In this document: positions 14,342-27,439 of the stretch, one piece after another
Layout: every line of letters starts with the position of its first letter
Position numbering within the stretch: position 1 is the first letter of the stretch
Source: Octopus vulgaris
Lineage: Eukaryota
DNA: 64,000 bases
Assembly (NCBI GenBank): GCA_951406725.2
Contig: OX597823.1
Coordinates: forward strand, 72,974,001-73,038,000
Reading direction: 5' to 3'
Notes under the pieces: model-generated
The model's input: only the letters and a program-made list of their open reading frames with translations
Told to the model about the DNA's origin: nothing
Database searches by the model: none
Program-made: the position numbers and the translations under genes

Positions 14342-14982
14342 TTTATGTTTTAAGAAGTTTTTTAAAAATTAGAAAGGGGAAAAAAAGAAAAAAAGAACAT
14401 TGCATTGTTTTTTGTAAAAGAATAATGATAAAAATGTACAAAAATTAAAAAATAAGTTCTCCGATACATTGTGAGTTCGTTGTGTATCTTGAGTTTTATG
14501 GTTGTTTACGAAAAAATTACCTTGAGGTGTTAAGATCCAAAGGGATTAAGAGCATGTGTTGTGTTGTGTTGTTAAATTCAGCATGTTTGCAGGACAGGAA
14601 GTAGTAGTAATTGTGGTCCTGGTTCTTCAGTTCCTGTGTTGTGAGTAAGGGGAGACAACTCTTTTGAGTTCTTCAATAAAACCCAAATTATAAAACTATC
14701 ATTTTAGCTTCATTTGCATTATCTTTTTTTATATAATTGCTTGTTAACTTAACTTTCAGATTTTAACACTTTATTTATATTATTTTCTAATAATATAAAT
14801 CTGCATAGACAATTGCATTTCAAATTGTCATATCATTTATAATAAAAATGATAGTAATAACAACAATAGTAAAAATGATATTTAAAGAATATAAGTTTTA
14901 GCTTGAAGTGATGAATGCATGGTATCTTTATATATTTGTGTTAGTCCATCCATGAAGAGTGAGGTAGAGAAAGGAAGTTTGA

Positions 14983-15455
14983 TCAACGAGGAGTTTGCAT
15001 ATTAAGTTGTGTTTGGAATTTTTCAATAAAGAGATTCTCCTTGTTAATTCTCTCCTGTGTGGTGATCCCGTCTTTACATTGGTAGAAGGGGAATATATAG
15101 AATTTGGGGTTTAAGTCTTTAGCACATGAGTCTAAGTGGTCACTCAGTGGAATTTGTCGGTATTCCGGGAGATTTATTTGTTCTTTATGCACCGTTACTC
15201 GTTTACGTAACGGGAGACTCGTTTGTCCAACATAATTATGTTGGCAACCAGCGCATGTGAGAACGTAGATAAGGTTCTCGGAGGAACAGGAGAAGTTAGT
15301 CTTGGTTTTAAACTTCGTACCTTGTTTGAAGGTAAATTCAGAGCCTTCAAGTAGAAAGGGGCAGGTACCACAGTTTGAGCGTGCACATTTTTTTACTGTT
15401 GGGGGTGGATGTGGTGTGTGAAGTTTGGCATTTGTCAAGAGTTTTTTTAAAGATT
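14983..15455 (-). CDS. Inverted duplicate of the PLE Cys-linker + GIY-YIG coding segment
   Basis: Same peptide as the C-terminal part of the + ORF, except KTKTNF vs KIKTNF. Confidence 0.9.
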
Positions 15456-16454
15456 AACATACATCCCAACATCCAATTCACTATGGAATTAAGCAAACAT
15501 CATCTCCCATTCCTTGATCTCCTCATTATAAAAACACCTAAGAACCAAATCATAACAGACATCTACCACAAACCTACAGACTCACAACAATACCTCCTCT
15601 TTAGTTCATGCCACCCAAAACACACCACGACAAATATCCCTTTCAATTTAGCTAAAAGGGTATGCACCATTGTCTCGGATCCAAAAACACGAGAAATACG
15701 CCTTCAAGACCTCAAAAAAACACTATTACAACGTCAATATCCCTCCACCCTTATAGAGTATGGAATAAAACGCGCCAAAGAACTAGACAACACTACACTG
15801 AAAACCACCCAACCTAACACCACACACAACCTCAAAATACTTCCATACATTTCCACCCACAACCCCAAAAATATCGAAGCATACACCACAATCATACAAA
15901 ACCTCAGTGTACTGTCAACAGACCCAAAAATGAAAAACATTATAAATACACACAAAATCCTCAAATGCAAAAGGCAACACAAATCTTTAAAAAAACTCTT
16001 GACAAATGCCAAACTTCACACACCACATCCACCCCCAACAGTAAAAAAATGTGCACGCTCAAACTGTGGTACCTGCCCCTTTCTACTTGAAGGCTCTGAA
16101 TTTACCTTCAAACAAGGTACGAAGTTTAAAATCAAGACTAACTTCTCCTGTTCCTCCGAGAACCTTATCTACGTTCTCACATGCGCTGGTTGCCAACATA
16201 ATTATGTTGGACAAACGAGTCTCCCGTTACGTAAACGAGTAACGGTGCATAAAGAACAAATAAATCTCCCGGAATACCGACAAATTCCACTGAGTGACCA
16301 CTTAGACTCATGTGCTAAAGACTTAAACCCCAAATTCTATATATTCCCCTTCTACCAATGTAAAGACGGGATCACCACACAGGAGAGAATTAACAAGGAG
16401 AATCTCTTTATTGAAAAATTCCAAACACAACTTAATATGCAAACTCCTCGTTGA
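15456..16454 (+). CDS. PLE ORF, C-terminal part: RT end/thumb + Cys linker + GIY-YIG endonuclease (5'-truncated)
   Basis: NIHPNIQFTME..LPFLDL and TDIYHKPTDSQQYLLFSSCHP (PLE RT C-terminus/thumb); CARSNCGTC (CxxxxCxxC linker typical of Neptune); NLIYVLTCAGC..YVGQT..RKR..H (GIY-YIG). Open to the stop at 16454. Confidence 0.93.
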   Translation, partial: NIHPNIQFTMELSKHHLPFLDLLIIKTPKNQIITDIYHKPTDSQQYLLFSSCHPKHTTTNIPFNLAKRVCTIVSDPKTREIRLQDLKKTLLQRQYPSTLIEYGIKRAKELDNTTLKTTQPNTTHNLKILPYISTHNPKNIEAYTTIIQNLSVLSTDPKMKNIINTHKILKCKRQHKSLKKLLTNAKLHTPHPPPTVKKCARSNCGTCPFLLEGSEFTFKQGTKFKIKTNFSCSSENLIYVLTCAGCQHNYVGQTSLPLRKRVTVHKEQINLPEYRQIPLSDHLDSCAKDLNPKFYIFPFYQCKDGITTQERINKENLFIEKFQTQLNMQTPR

Positions 16455-17095
16455 TCAAACTTCCTTTCTCTACCTCACTCTTCATGGATGGACTAACACA
16501 AATATATAAAGATACCATGCATTCATCACTTCAAGCTAAAACTTATATTCTTTAAATATCATTTTTACTATTGTTGTTATTACTATCATTTTTATTATAA
16601 ATGATATGACAATTTGAAATGCAATTGTCTATGCAGATTTATATTATTAGAAAATAATATAAATAAAGTGTTAAAATCTGAAAGTTAAGTTAACAAGCAA
16701 TTATATAAAAAAAGATAATGCAAATGAAGCTAAAATGATAGTTTTATAATTTGGGTTTTATTGAAGAACTCAAAAGAGTTGTCTCCCCTTACTCACAACA
16801 CAGGAACTGAAGAACCAGGACCACAATTACTACTACTTCCTGTCCTGCAAACATGCTGAATTTAACAACACAACACAACACATGCTCTTAATCCCTTTGG
16901 ATCTTAACACCTCAAGGTAATTTTTTCGTAAACAACCATAAAACTCAAGATACACAACGAACTCACAATGTATCGGAGAACTTATTTTTTAATTTTTGTA
17001 CATTTTTATCATTATTCTTTTACAAAAAACAATGCAATTTTCTTTTTTTCTTTTTTTCCCCTTTCTAATTTTTAAAAAACTTCTTAAAACATAAA

Positions 17096-17136
17096 TATTC
17101 TTGACAAGTCATACAATGACGAAAACCGGTTGAATA
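17096..17136 (+). ncRNA. Variant minimal hammerhead ribozyme (U3-A8) in PLE pseudo-LTR
   Basis: TATTC TTGACAA GTCA-TACAA-TGAC GAA AACCGGTT GAATA: stem I TATTC/GAATA, stem II GTCA/TGAC, palindromic stem III. Confidence 0.65.
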
Positions 17137-17273
17137 AATATATATTTATATATTTTATCAATTTCTCATTTTATTAAAATTTTCTTTCATTTGAGCATTC
17201 TGCATTTTTAAAAAAATTTTTCCTTACTTATCATTTCTCCACGTGCGGTCAACACAACCCCACCATTTATTGA

Positions 17274-17321
<48 letters not shown>

Positions 17322-17865
17322 TACATAGACACAGAGAGAGGGGGCATAAAATCCCATATATGTAGTAACATACACATTTCACATCTATGCAATGATATAG
17401 TTTTGAAGATTGAGTCAAGGAGACAGAGAAGGAAACAGAGAGTGTCAAGTGAGGAAGACAGTAGAGGAAGAGAGACAGAGACATAGTAAGAGAAATAGAA
17501 ATAGACTGAAGTATATCATTGACTGTGTGTGTTGGAGTAAGGCTGCAAGCGAGGCAATTATTGCATACTGGCGAAAACTTATGTAAAAGCTTAAACATAC
17601 CGGAATTTCCAAGACAAGCCATGATCACAGTTCATATGTACGAACTGAAATGCTTCCGTGGCAATCGTCGAACACCAGTCAATGACAAATATTTGTGAAT
17701 CTTTTTACGAGAGACCAGCAATTTTCTTGCTGCACATGTTAATCTATATATACAAGTATACTATTGTGTATTTCTCTCAATTTCTGCTTTTCTTCTACCC
17801 TTTTCACCTCCCTCTCCCCCATCTCTCTCTCCACAAATACGTATATAAATACATACATATATATA

Positions 17866-18245
17866 GGGGCCCTGGGATGTGTAACACACTGTCTAAATTT
17901 TGAGAAATTAGGCTTCTCAAAACCAGAAAGGAGAAGGCTAATTCGAAGATTACAGATCCAATCAAGTACTGGAACTCTAAAAGTCTGGAAAACTTTCCAC
18001 ACGTTTATCATTTAAATATCTGTGTGGATGCCGCAACATGCAGCTATATGCACGAGAATACATACATATAAAAAACATACAAATTTGAGCATTTGCATAC
18101 ATAGATGCATACATACATTCATACATACATATAATCAAATAACCTGTTGTTGATGTTGAAATACCAATGAAGGAGCCTTGGATCTAGGTTAGAAACCGGC
18201 TCTTTCACTACTGGCAAGAATCTTGAAATAAAACTGAACAATAAC
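17866..18245 (+). mobile_element. 5'-truncated 3' end of RLE-type non-LTR element (same family as 37213-38200)
   Basis: GALGCVTHCL..EKLGFSKPERRRLIRRLQIQSSTGTLKVWKTFHTFII* and the 3'UTR match 37842-38200. Followed by CATACATA. Confidence 0.85.
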
Positions 18246-18254
18246 ATACATATA

Positions 18255-18590
18255 TCATGATGATTGCTTCATCCTAAGACATGATAGCCGTCCCATCAAC
18301 ACACACACCACACATCATTACCCAGCACAATCCCTTCAATTGACCTTTAAGACCAGCTGCTGACTGACAGGGTTTAAAACGCAAGTGACAGATATTATTC
18401 AAGTTTTTTTCTACGTCTTTGCCCTCTGGAATCTGATTCTGAAGGAATGTTTACGTGAACTACCATATGCCTTTTAAGTCCAGCAATTGTCTTACAAATT
18501 TTTTGACATATGACACAACTTGTAAGAGGCATTTCGTGTTCAAGATTATTACGTAGCTGGGAATTTTGACTTTCATGTGACTTTATATGA
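18255..18590 (-). mobile_element. LINE 3' remnant with C2H2 zinc-finger-like C-terminus (RTE-like, tentative)
   Basis: Minus strand CVICQKICKTIAGLKRHMVVH, plus a second degenerate finger (..CQSAAGLKG..). Ends in ATCATCATG. Confidence 0.45.
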
Positions 18591-19074
18591 TTCACGTATC
18601 CTGCTCTTCACAACAGAACAAGACCACATATAATACATATCCAACATTTACTGTTGATTTCAGTTTCAGTTGTTCCTATGCAGCAGGCCCTTTTAAGTGC
18701 ATAGTGCTGAATCATTTTCTCCTCCCAAGCGTTGCAACGAGTCCTAACAGTACCTCTCTACTTGTTCCGATCCAGAACATCAATTTTCCAATCACCTTCA
18801 ACTTCCAACAGTCCCTGAATTTCATCATGTATTTAATTTCATTATAATTTCCTACAAGATTAAGTCACTTTCCGATTGAAAACTTCCATTTTGTAAAATC
18901 TTCATTATGGAATGCCTACACTCTATCAGTATATCTCAATGTTACAGCTCTTGTGTCTGAATCAGGAACTATCATTGTTCTGTTTTTTTTAACTCGGGTT
19001 TTGAGGGAACTTCAATCTTTCATTTGTAACGGGTTTACTACTTGCAGACTACGGCACTATGCTCTCTGTTCTTT

Positions 19075-19640
19075 TCAACTACCTAATTATCTCCTGACTA
19101 CTATGGCTGTGCCAAAGAGTCAAAACTTTTGAAACTGCTGCTCTGGCACTCTAATCTGAATTCCTTGATATTCCTCTTACTACCCTCTGATACTGTCGAT
19201 ACTGTCCCCAAAGACCCAACAATAATTGGCACTATCTTTACCTTGTTTCTTTTCTATAGCCGCGCTATGAATATTGGATAGATGAATACGTAAGAATATT
19301 GTATATGTCTAAATTTTCGCCATCCCTTTTGACTGTTTGGGGGTCAAAGAGGCATACAACATCAATTATATATTAGATCTGGTTACCCATGCCCTCCACC
19401 ACTAGGTTTAGCTTGTTATTCTCTAGCAGTTAATCCATTTGGATTTGGAAATCTCATAGGATTTTGCATGTCTCCGACTCTGCAACACATTTCGGTTTCT
19501 GCTACACGCTCTTTGTCTCTCTCTAAACCCCGATTTTCACATAGTTTCCAATGTTCACCTCTGCTGTTTCCGTTATTTAGATCCGTGCATCATTTGATCA
19601 AGGAATATTATTACCGAGGGCATCCAACCGTTATCATTTC
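19075..19640 (-). mobile_element. Decayed RLE-type non-LTR (R4/Dong-like) endonuclease remnant
   Basis: Minus-strand pieces HWKLCENRGL, VAESETCKIL*DFQIQ, YIIDVVCLFD, KVKIVPIIVGSLGTV and LFGTAIVVRR parallel the element at 6097-6640. Confidence 0.75.
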
Positions 19641-20118
19641 CATATTTCTGTACTTTATGCATACCTTTCCGTTCCTTATTGAACATCATAGCTTAGTCAA
19701 TGATGTCAGTCTCTATCATTAGTTTAATTCAAAGTCCAATATGCTGACTGTCACTCTTGCTGAACTGCTAAATTAGTAGATCAAATATCAAAACTAGTCG
19801 TTAAACTTTGAAAGACAAGCTCGAATGCGAAGAAGCACATACATATATGTATACATACACCACGCACACACACATACACACACAAATATACATACGCACG
19901 CACATACACACTCACCTATATATCCGTTAGCATAGCTATTTGTATGCGTTTGGGTGCATATGTAAGTATATATATATATATATATATACGTATTTATACA
20001 TACTTATACATAGATATATGTGTACATCAATATACATCAGAGTGATATATATATATATAGAGAGAGGGGGGAAGAGAGAGGTATACATACATACATACAG
20101 ACAGACAGACATATGGAC

Positions 20119-20199
<81 letters not shown>

Positions 20200-20932
20200 C
20201 TTGTATGTGTGATAGTATATTCTATTTCACATACAAAACTATAAGAATTGTTTATATGATAAAGTAAGAAAATCATATTCTTCTGCTTACACCAAATAAA
20301 TATATTACCTTGTTTATTCAATGAATATATTTATAACACATATTTTTGTTAATTACTGCCAGTATTTCGTATTTTCAGCAAATTATTTATTTTACGTTAA
20401 TATATAGACATTAGTTTAAACGTAACGAGAGATGGCAGCTTATCAAATTATTTTAGTGTGTGGAATCAAACGAAATTAGAAATCAACAAACTTAATTGCG
20501 TGTAGTAATATGGTGATTTCTGAAACGTAATCGATTGCTATAATCGATAATTAAAGAATGAATAATATGATTGCGTTTATTTTCATTTTCGTTAGGGCTT
20601 TCTCATTAGTGACTACTGTTATTCCTAGCTTTTTTCTTGACAATTTTTCGATTATGCATTTATGAATACATACATACGCATACACATGCAAGCACACATG
20701 TACACACATACACACACACACACCTAAACACACGCACACACACGCATACGCCATACCCACATACATATTTTCTCTTACAACCATATAACTCTGGCTCTAC
20801 CATTCTGTGTCTTTGGCTGGGTAGCTATCTAGCTAAGTGGCTGCGTCTCTATATATGAAACGACCAACATGCACACCTATCTATTTATATGCCAATCTAC
20901 CAACCCAACAATCTATGTACCCTCAAGATTTA

Positions 20933-22140
20933 CAGGGTGGTATCAAAAAGTTTACTTCACAAGTTATGAAATGTATTTTGATGTGATCACGTGTATGGTG
21001 TAGTCTGCGATTTTGTCATGGACAGAAAGTTGGAACAAAGAACCAACGTGAAATTTTGCGTTAAACTTGGGAAAACTCCTAGAGACAATAAGCATGCTTC
21101 AACAATTTCGTGGCGACATAGCAATGGGTTGTACGCAATGTTTCGGGTGACAGGGGCGCTTAAAAGCGGAAGAATGTCTCTGGAGGACGTTGAGCGATCA
21201 GGAAGAGCTGCCAGGAGCGTTATCCCCGGAAATGTGGAGAAAATTTATCAGCTTGCGCATTGAGAATACTCGCAGGACAATCAACGACATTGCTGATGTA
21301 GTTGTTCTAATCGTATGGGTTAGTGCAGACAATCCCAACGTCTGAATTGAACATGCAGTGTGTCTCTCCCAAATTTGTTCCCCGCCTGTGGAGTACTGAA
21401 CGGAAATGTCATCGCGCCTATCACGATTTGTTTGCGTGCGGTCTAGAGGATCCTCACCGGTAATGAAAGATGGGTTTACGGGTACGAGACGAAGCAGCAG
21501 TCGTCACAATGGAAGGGCCCTTTATCTCCACGATGGAAGAAGGCACGACAGAGCCGCAAATCGACATCCACAGTAGGAGACGAAGCAGCAGTCGTCAAAA
21601 TGGAAGAGCCCTTCATCTCCACAATCGAAGAAGGCATGATAGAGACGCAGCTCGACATCTGCATTAAGGTGCATCGAGAATTGGTCCTCTAAGGCCAGAT
21701 CGTCAATCAAAAGTTCTACAAACGTTTGAGAAAGGATATTCGGTGAAAGCGACCGGATTTTTGGAGTGCGAAAAATTGAATTTTTCAAGACGACAATGCA
21801 CCCTGTCAACGATCTCTCCTCACTCATGAGTTTCTCGCTAAAATCCACATGGTATTGCTCCTGCACTCGCCTCATTCGCGAGATTTATCATCTGCAGACT
21901 TCATCTTTTCTCTAAGGTGAAAATGCAGCTCTAAGGTCGCTATTTTAACGCCATTGTCTAGATCCGGAGCGAATCGTAGACGGACCTCTTCTAGACCGGA
22001 TTCCAAAAGCGGCAGCAACGCTAGAACCGGTGTATTGATGTTCGAGACGACTATTACCAAGGAAATGATGTTAAAACATATGTAAATAAGTTATTCTTCG
22101 TCGAACATAGCTAATCCGAAAACGTTTTGGTACCACCTCG
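20933..22140 (+). mobile_element. Full-length decayed mariner (Tc1/mariner, DD34D) transposon
   Basis: Imperfect TIRs CAGGGTGGTATCAAAAAGTTT / AAACGTTTTGGTACCACCTCG with TA on both sides (20931-2, 22141-2). Transposase relics: MDRKLEQRTNVKFCVKLGKT from 21018, LTGNERWVYGY, ETKQQSSQWK, FQDDNAP, HSPHSRDLSSADF. Multiple frameshifts. Confidence 0.92.
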
Positions 22141-23544
22141 TACCATTAACTGCACTGTTTCGACTCTTTACTCGGATTTTTAAAATCTATGGAATAGGGG
22201 TAACATTTTTTTAAACTATCTAGGTTTAGAAAGAAAATGTGACATAAAGTAGAGCCCCGATGATATCGATCACCATACAGTCAAGAATTATTAAACAAAC
22301 GAAAGTATTTTACAGATCCACAAGACTCCACACCACAGTAAGTCGCACACACAAAATAAAATAATATCATTATCCCCAACAATTAAAAGTATATCTATTT
22401 TCTCATTTATGCTGAGAGAATAGATGTTAATAAAATTATACAGGCCACAAACACACTTAATGTTATACCAGCTTAAAAAATATATAAACTGAATGAAGAG
22501 TGTTTTATGATCACACACTCACACACACACAAACACACACACACACACACACACACACGCAAAGACACACACACTCACACATACATTGGTATGGATGGAC
22601 GGACATGTTCTACAACTACTGAATGTCCTTTGGGGTCAGAAGAATGGCATCGTATAAGACCTATATATCTGGAAGCGTAGTGTAAGTTACAGCATAAGCT
22701 TCAAACGTTGCAGATCTACCACGGGGTAAACTGAGATGTGGATCGACAATCAGAATTTCCATTCATAATGAGGATACACAAGGATGCTACATGTAAATAC
22801 AAGTGAATGCGGTGTTAATACTGAGACATCTGTGTTAATTGTTCACATATAATTTTTTACTTGCATAAACAATAAATTATTATCTGAATATTGTTTCATT
22901 AACGTGTTTTTCAAATAACAGAACAATTAAACATTTTTCCCACCTAACAATAGGTCAAACTTTGACTATCCGGTTGGACAGAAACAAGTATATACATTTG
23001 AAACAGTTCAATAAAACTTCGCAAAATATTTGAAGTGTGCAGGGAAAGCTATAAATGTTTAGATAGCGAAAATCAGCAGTTTCTATATTGTAGGGCCTTA
23101 AAGTTCTTATCTTATTCATACAGAATATATACCTCTTTCACTTCCTTCACTTATTGATTTATTTCCTTCAAAACAAAAAATAAAAGGATGGACGACTCTT
23201 TATGTATGAGGGTATTATGCCAAAATTTAGAATTATAATTATTGATGCGCATGAATTTTTCAAATAATTTCATCTTAGAATTACTAGATATATCCAAAAT
23301 GGTTGAAATTTGAAAACTGAGAAAAAAATTTGAATGAAGTGCTGTGAAATATAAAATAAAATGGGTTAAAATTTAGGAAATGTTTTACCAGTAAAACAGA
23401 AATAGAATGCTTCTTTTTTAGTCTTTAATCTAAAAACATTCCACGCGAGAATGGGAACTCTGAATCACAGAGTTCACTAAGAGAGTTGTGCATTAAATAA
23501 TCCTTTACGATATAGAACAAGGCCAGAAAACTGTAAAGCGAAGA

Positions 23545-24720
23545 GGGCGGGCGCGCTGGCAGAATCTTTAGTATTCTGGGCGAAATACTATGCGATATTT
23601 CGTCTGCCGTTACGTTCTGAGTTCAAATTCCGCCGAGGTCGATTTTGTCTTTAATCCTTTCGGGGTCAATAAATTAAGTACCAGTTGCGTACTAGGGTTG
23701 ATCTAATCAACTGGCCCCTCCCCCGAAATTTCAGGCCTTATGCCTAGAGTAGGAAATAATACTGTGAGGCGAATGCTTAGTCACTGAATACGTGGATAGC
23801 AGCGTCGAGCTTGGGGGAATTTGAACTCAGAACGTAGATAGCCGGAAAAAATGCTGCTAACTTTTCGTCCTACTGCCTAAAGTTTCATCTAGTTCGCCAT
23901 CTTATGCTATGCCTTTAATGACAATTTATACTTTAGACACAAGGCCTGAAATAAAGGTAGAAGGAGAAGTCGATTATATCGACTTAAGTGCTTAGCTGGA
24001 ATTCATTTTATCGATCCAAATTAATGAAAGACAATGTTGACCGCGGTGGAAATGGAGCCGAGAACGTGAAACAGAAAGGCGCTATGCATTTTGTCCAACT
24101 TACTAAAGATTCTATCAGCTCGCAACCTTACGTTATACATTTAATTATCTTTTCTAAAGGCAGTGAGCTGGCAGAAATGTTAGCACGCCGGCGAAATGCC
24201 TAGCGGTATTTCGTCTGCCATTACGTTGTGAGTTCAAATTCCGCCGAGGTCGACTTTGCCTTTTCTCCTTTCGGGGTCGATAAATTAAGTAGCAGTTACG
24301 CACTGGGGTCGATGTAATCGACTTAATCCGTTTATCTGTCCTTGTTTGTCCTCTCTGTTTAGCTCCTTGTGGGTAATAAAGAAATATATACATTAATTTT
24401 TTTTTTTTGTATCGTAAACACAAGGCTTAGAAATGGGAAGGGAATGGGGATAATTGATTACATCGACTCCAGTGCTAGGCGGGTATTAAATTCATCGATG
24501 CTGAGGGGATGAAAATTAAAGTCGAGTACGGTGGAATTTGAAGCCAGAACGTAAAGACGAGAGAAATGCACTCATGGAGTTTGTCCGGCGTGCTAATGAT
24601 TCTGCCTACTTACCATGTTACATGATAATTTTAATAAAGGTTTCAAATCTTGGTACAATGCCAGCAATTTTAAGGGAGAGGGTAGTCGATTACATTGATC
24701 TATTATTCAACTGGCATTTC
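23545..24720. mobile_element. Cluster of about six tRNA-derived Nin/Deu-like SINE copies in mixed orientation
   Basis: + copies at ~23545-23760 and 24159-24386 (A-box TGGCAGAA, B-box GAGTTCAAATTCC). Older - copies at ~23800-23903, 23933-24129, 24417-24617 and 24650-24720. Confidence 0.85.
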
Positions 24721-26393
24721 TTTATAAATCACAATTTTTTTCTGCCTGCTTATTGCCTTAATTTATGCATTTAATAGTAAAATCTTGTTATATTTATCGC
24801 ATAAAATTTAATATTTTGTATATTAAGATTTGGCAATGAAGTATATTGAATGAATTCTTTAAAATGAGAAAAGTTTCTTCCTAATAGGAGTTGATATAAT
24901 TGTCCAATACAAAAAATATACGTATATTTTTTAAAGAAAGATATTAGTATTTATTGAGTCTTAACAGTCAATAAATTCGATTGGAGATGTAATGAATCAA
25001 TGCTCTCGGCTCCGTATTTCCCTATTTTCTTCCATCATCCGAAAAATATGCTACAATAACAGGTTTAAGTTAATTGAATTTGTTATAATATTTATATACC
25101 TCATGTGCCATAAATAAAAACACTCGTAATTTTTATCGATTTTATTTGTTGTCTTATCCTTAAGAAACGATACTTGTTTATTAAGGAAACACTTGTAATA
25201 TCCGCTTCAACATTATAGTAATGGCTATTATTAGTTGTAAGATTTTAGTAATTGGAACCATTACACGTAGCGTAATATGTCATGTTATGACCATTTAATC
25301 TTTGATTCATTCGGAGATTTTTACGTCGAAATCTTATTAGTGTAAATATCATTCATATATATATATATTCTGTGAGTACACACGGCATCATGGATCAGTT
25401 TAGAACGTTCTAAATAAAAGTTCCCTTATCATTTTATCATTTTGATTCTTATTTTATCTACGTAGAGACATCACATCTAATGTATATTTTTGAACTACCA
25501 ATTAACGCTTTATTTTCATTTCATAGACAAATTATACCAGTGCTGTTCAAAAAGGTTTCTGAATGTTTTGGTGAAAGGAACATCATTTATTGTATGTTAT
25601 TTAGAACAGATGATAGGTTTCTAGATGAATCGGTCATTCATTGGGTAAAATACAAAACATTAATTTTGGCTTCCACTCTATAACGGCTTGTTGAAATTCG
25701 TTCTGATTTGACGTATGTTCAATGATTCTGTTCGCAAATTATTGAGAATAGCTAAATATATGCTAATAGCAATTTTTACATAATAGATATAATATCGTGT
25801 TCAGGAATAAAGTATAAACGGTGTTGAAATCATTACCAATGAATAAGCGTTTAAAACCTTCATTTTATATGGTTACCAATTTTGAGTCGTGTATGATTGT
25901 TAGTATATTAACCGAATTAACTAACATGCCACTGTATCCAAGATAATTTGGCATCTACAAGTTAAAAACTAATATACCCTGTAAAAGATCGTTATAATAT
26001 AAATCTGTTCACAATTGATTCCACAATTTCTTATAAATTCAAATGGCTATTGACGATACATCTTTATTAGCTTCATTGTCACTCAATATTCGATTATTTC
26101 TAATGCAATCGATATGAAAATAATGCCTTATTCATAGATTTTAGCCTAATTAAAGTATAAAAATCGCGAATAAGAAAATGTCACGTGCACATTTAGCTTG
26201 CCAGAAACAACGGCTAAATATTCCTTGAATGATTCGTTTGAGGCTACATTGAGCGTGAAACAAAAGAAGATGAAAGTGTGTTGGCTAGAATTCCTTTTGT
26301 TTTAGATCAAATTCACCAGAACAGGTCTGGTTTAAAAAGCAAAAGCATAAGCATCAGTACCAACAAGAACAACAGCAGTAGCAGCACTAACTA

Positions 26394-26810
26394 CTCTCTT
26401 TTACTCTTTACTCTTTTACTTGTTTCAGTCATTTGACTGCGGCCATGCTGGAGCACCGCCTTCAGTCGAGCAAATCGACCCCGGGACTTATTCTTTATAA
26501 GCCCAGTACTTATTTTATCGGTCTCTTTTGCCGAACCGCTAGGTGACGGGGACGTAAAGACACCAGCATCGGTTGTCAAGCAATGCTAGGGGGACAAACA
26601 CAGACACACAAACACACACACACACACACACATACATATATATATACATATATGCGACAGGCTTCTTTCAGTTTCCGTCTACCAAATCCACTCACAAGGC
26701 ATTGGTCGGCCCGGGGCTATAGCAGAAGACACTTGCCCAAGATGCCACGCAGTGGGACTGAACCCGGAACCATGTGGTTGGTTAAGAAGCTACTTACCAC
26801 ACATCCACTC
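26394..26810 (-). mobile_element. tRNA-derived CORE-like SINE (resembles octopus OR-type)
   Basis: Minus head GTGTGGTAAG..GGTTCAGTCCC, then CORE-like CTTGGGCAAGTG, an internal (TG)n tract and an (AGTAAAAG)n tail. Near-identical to 50542-50908. Confidence 0.85.
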
Positions 26811-27439
26811 GTACAGGTAGAAATCTTTTTGTTTTCGTTCAAAGCCTTTGTCTATAATTAACCTAAACATATTCTGCTAATCACATGCATTTTGCACACA
26901 TCAGTATTCGGTAACTTATGGCATATCATCTATCAAAGATGAATGATTATCTTATGTGCAACATTATTTGTACAGAAAGAAGGAAAATAGTTCATGAACG
27001 ATAAAGTTTTTATAAAGAACAATATCGTTTTCTTTTCGTTTCTTTTGTCTTAGTTAATATCATTAAGGATAATAACAAGTATTAATTATGGATATCAAGT
27101 GTCTAAATAAATGTCAATAACAGATCGTTCAAAATGTCAGTCACGTGATTTTAATGACACAGAAAAGCATTTCAAATCAAACAACTGAATAATATGATAT
27201 AGTTGTTTCCGTTCTAAGTTGATAATCACAAGTGCATGTAACTTTTCACATATGACATGATATTTAAATTAAAACAAGCAAGAAATATATATGTGTAGGT
27301 GGGAGGTAGATATATGTATTCAATGACGAATTAAAAGCAGTGTTATTGATGTAAACAATATTGATCACACATACTGAATATATGTGCTTTGTGCGTTCAC
27401 CGGATTTGCTGCGTTATAGTGACTGGGACGACTCCCTTA

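Larger units (their letters stand above)
14219..17275 (+). mobile_element. Young 5'-truncated Penelope-like element (Neptune-type) with inverted upstream pseudo-LTR, inserted in (TA)n
   Basis: Left arm 14219-15455 is the reverse complement of right arm 15982-17228, nearly identical. The unique spacer 15456-15981 encodes the RT C-terminus. A ~47-nt tail occupies 17229-17275. (TA)n lies on both flanks. Confidence 0.95.

Noticed and set aside
15375-15455. N-terminal 27 aa of the 359-aa ORF
   Set aside because: Antisense read of the inverted arm fused at the junction; not a genuine start
18395-18595. C2H2 zinc finger as a host ZNF exon
   Set aside because: Isolated, no TGEKP linkers, second finger disrupted, and it sits among retroelement ends; better explained as a LINE C-terminus
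24159-24250. tRNA genes at A/B-box motifs
   Set aside because: These are SINE heads followed by core and tail, with no full cloverleaf
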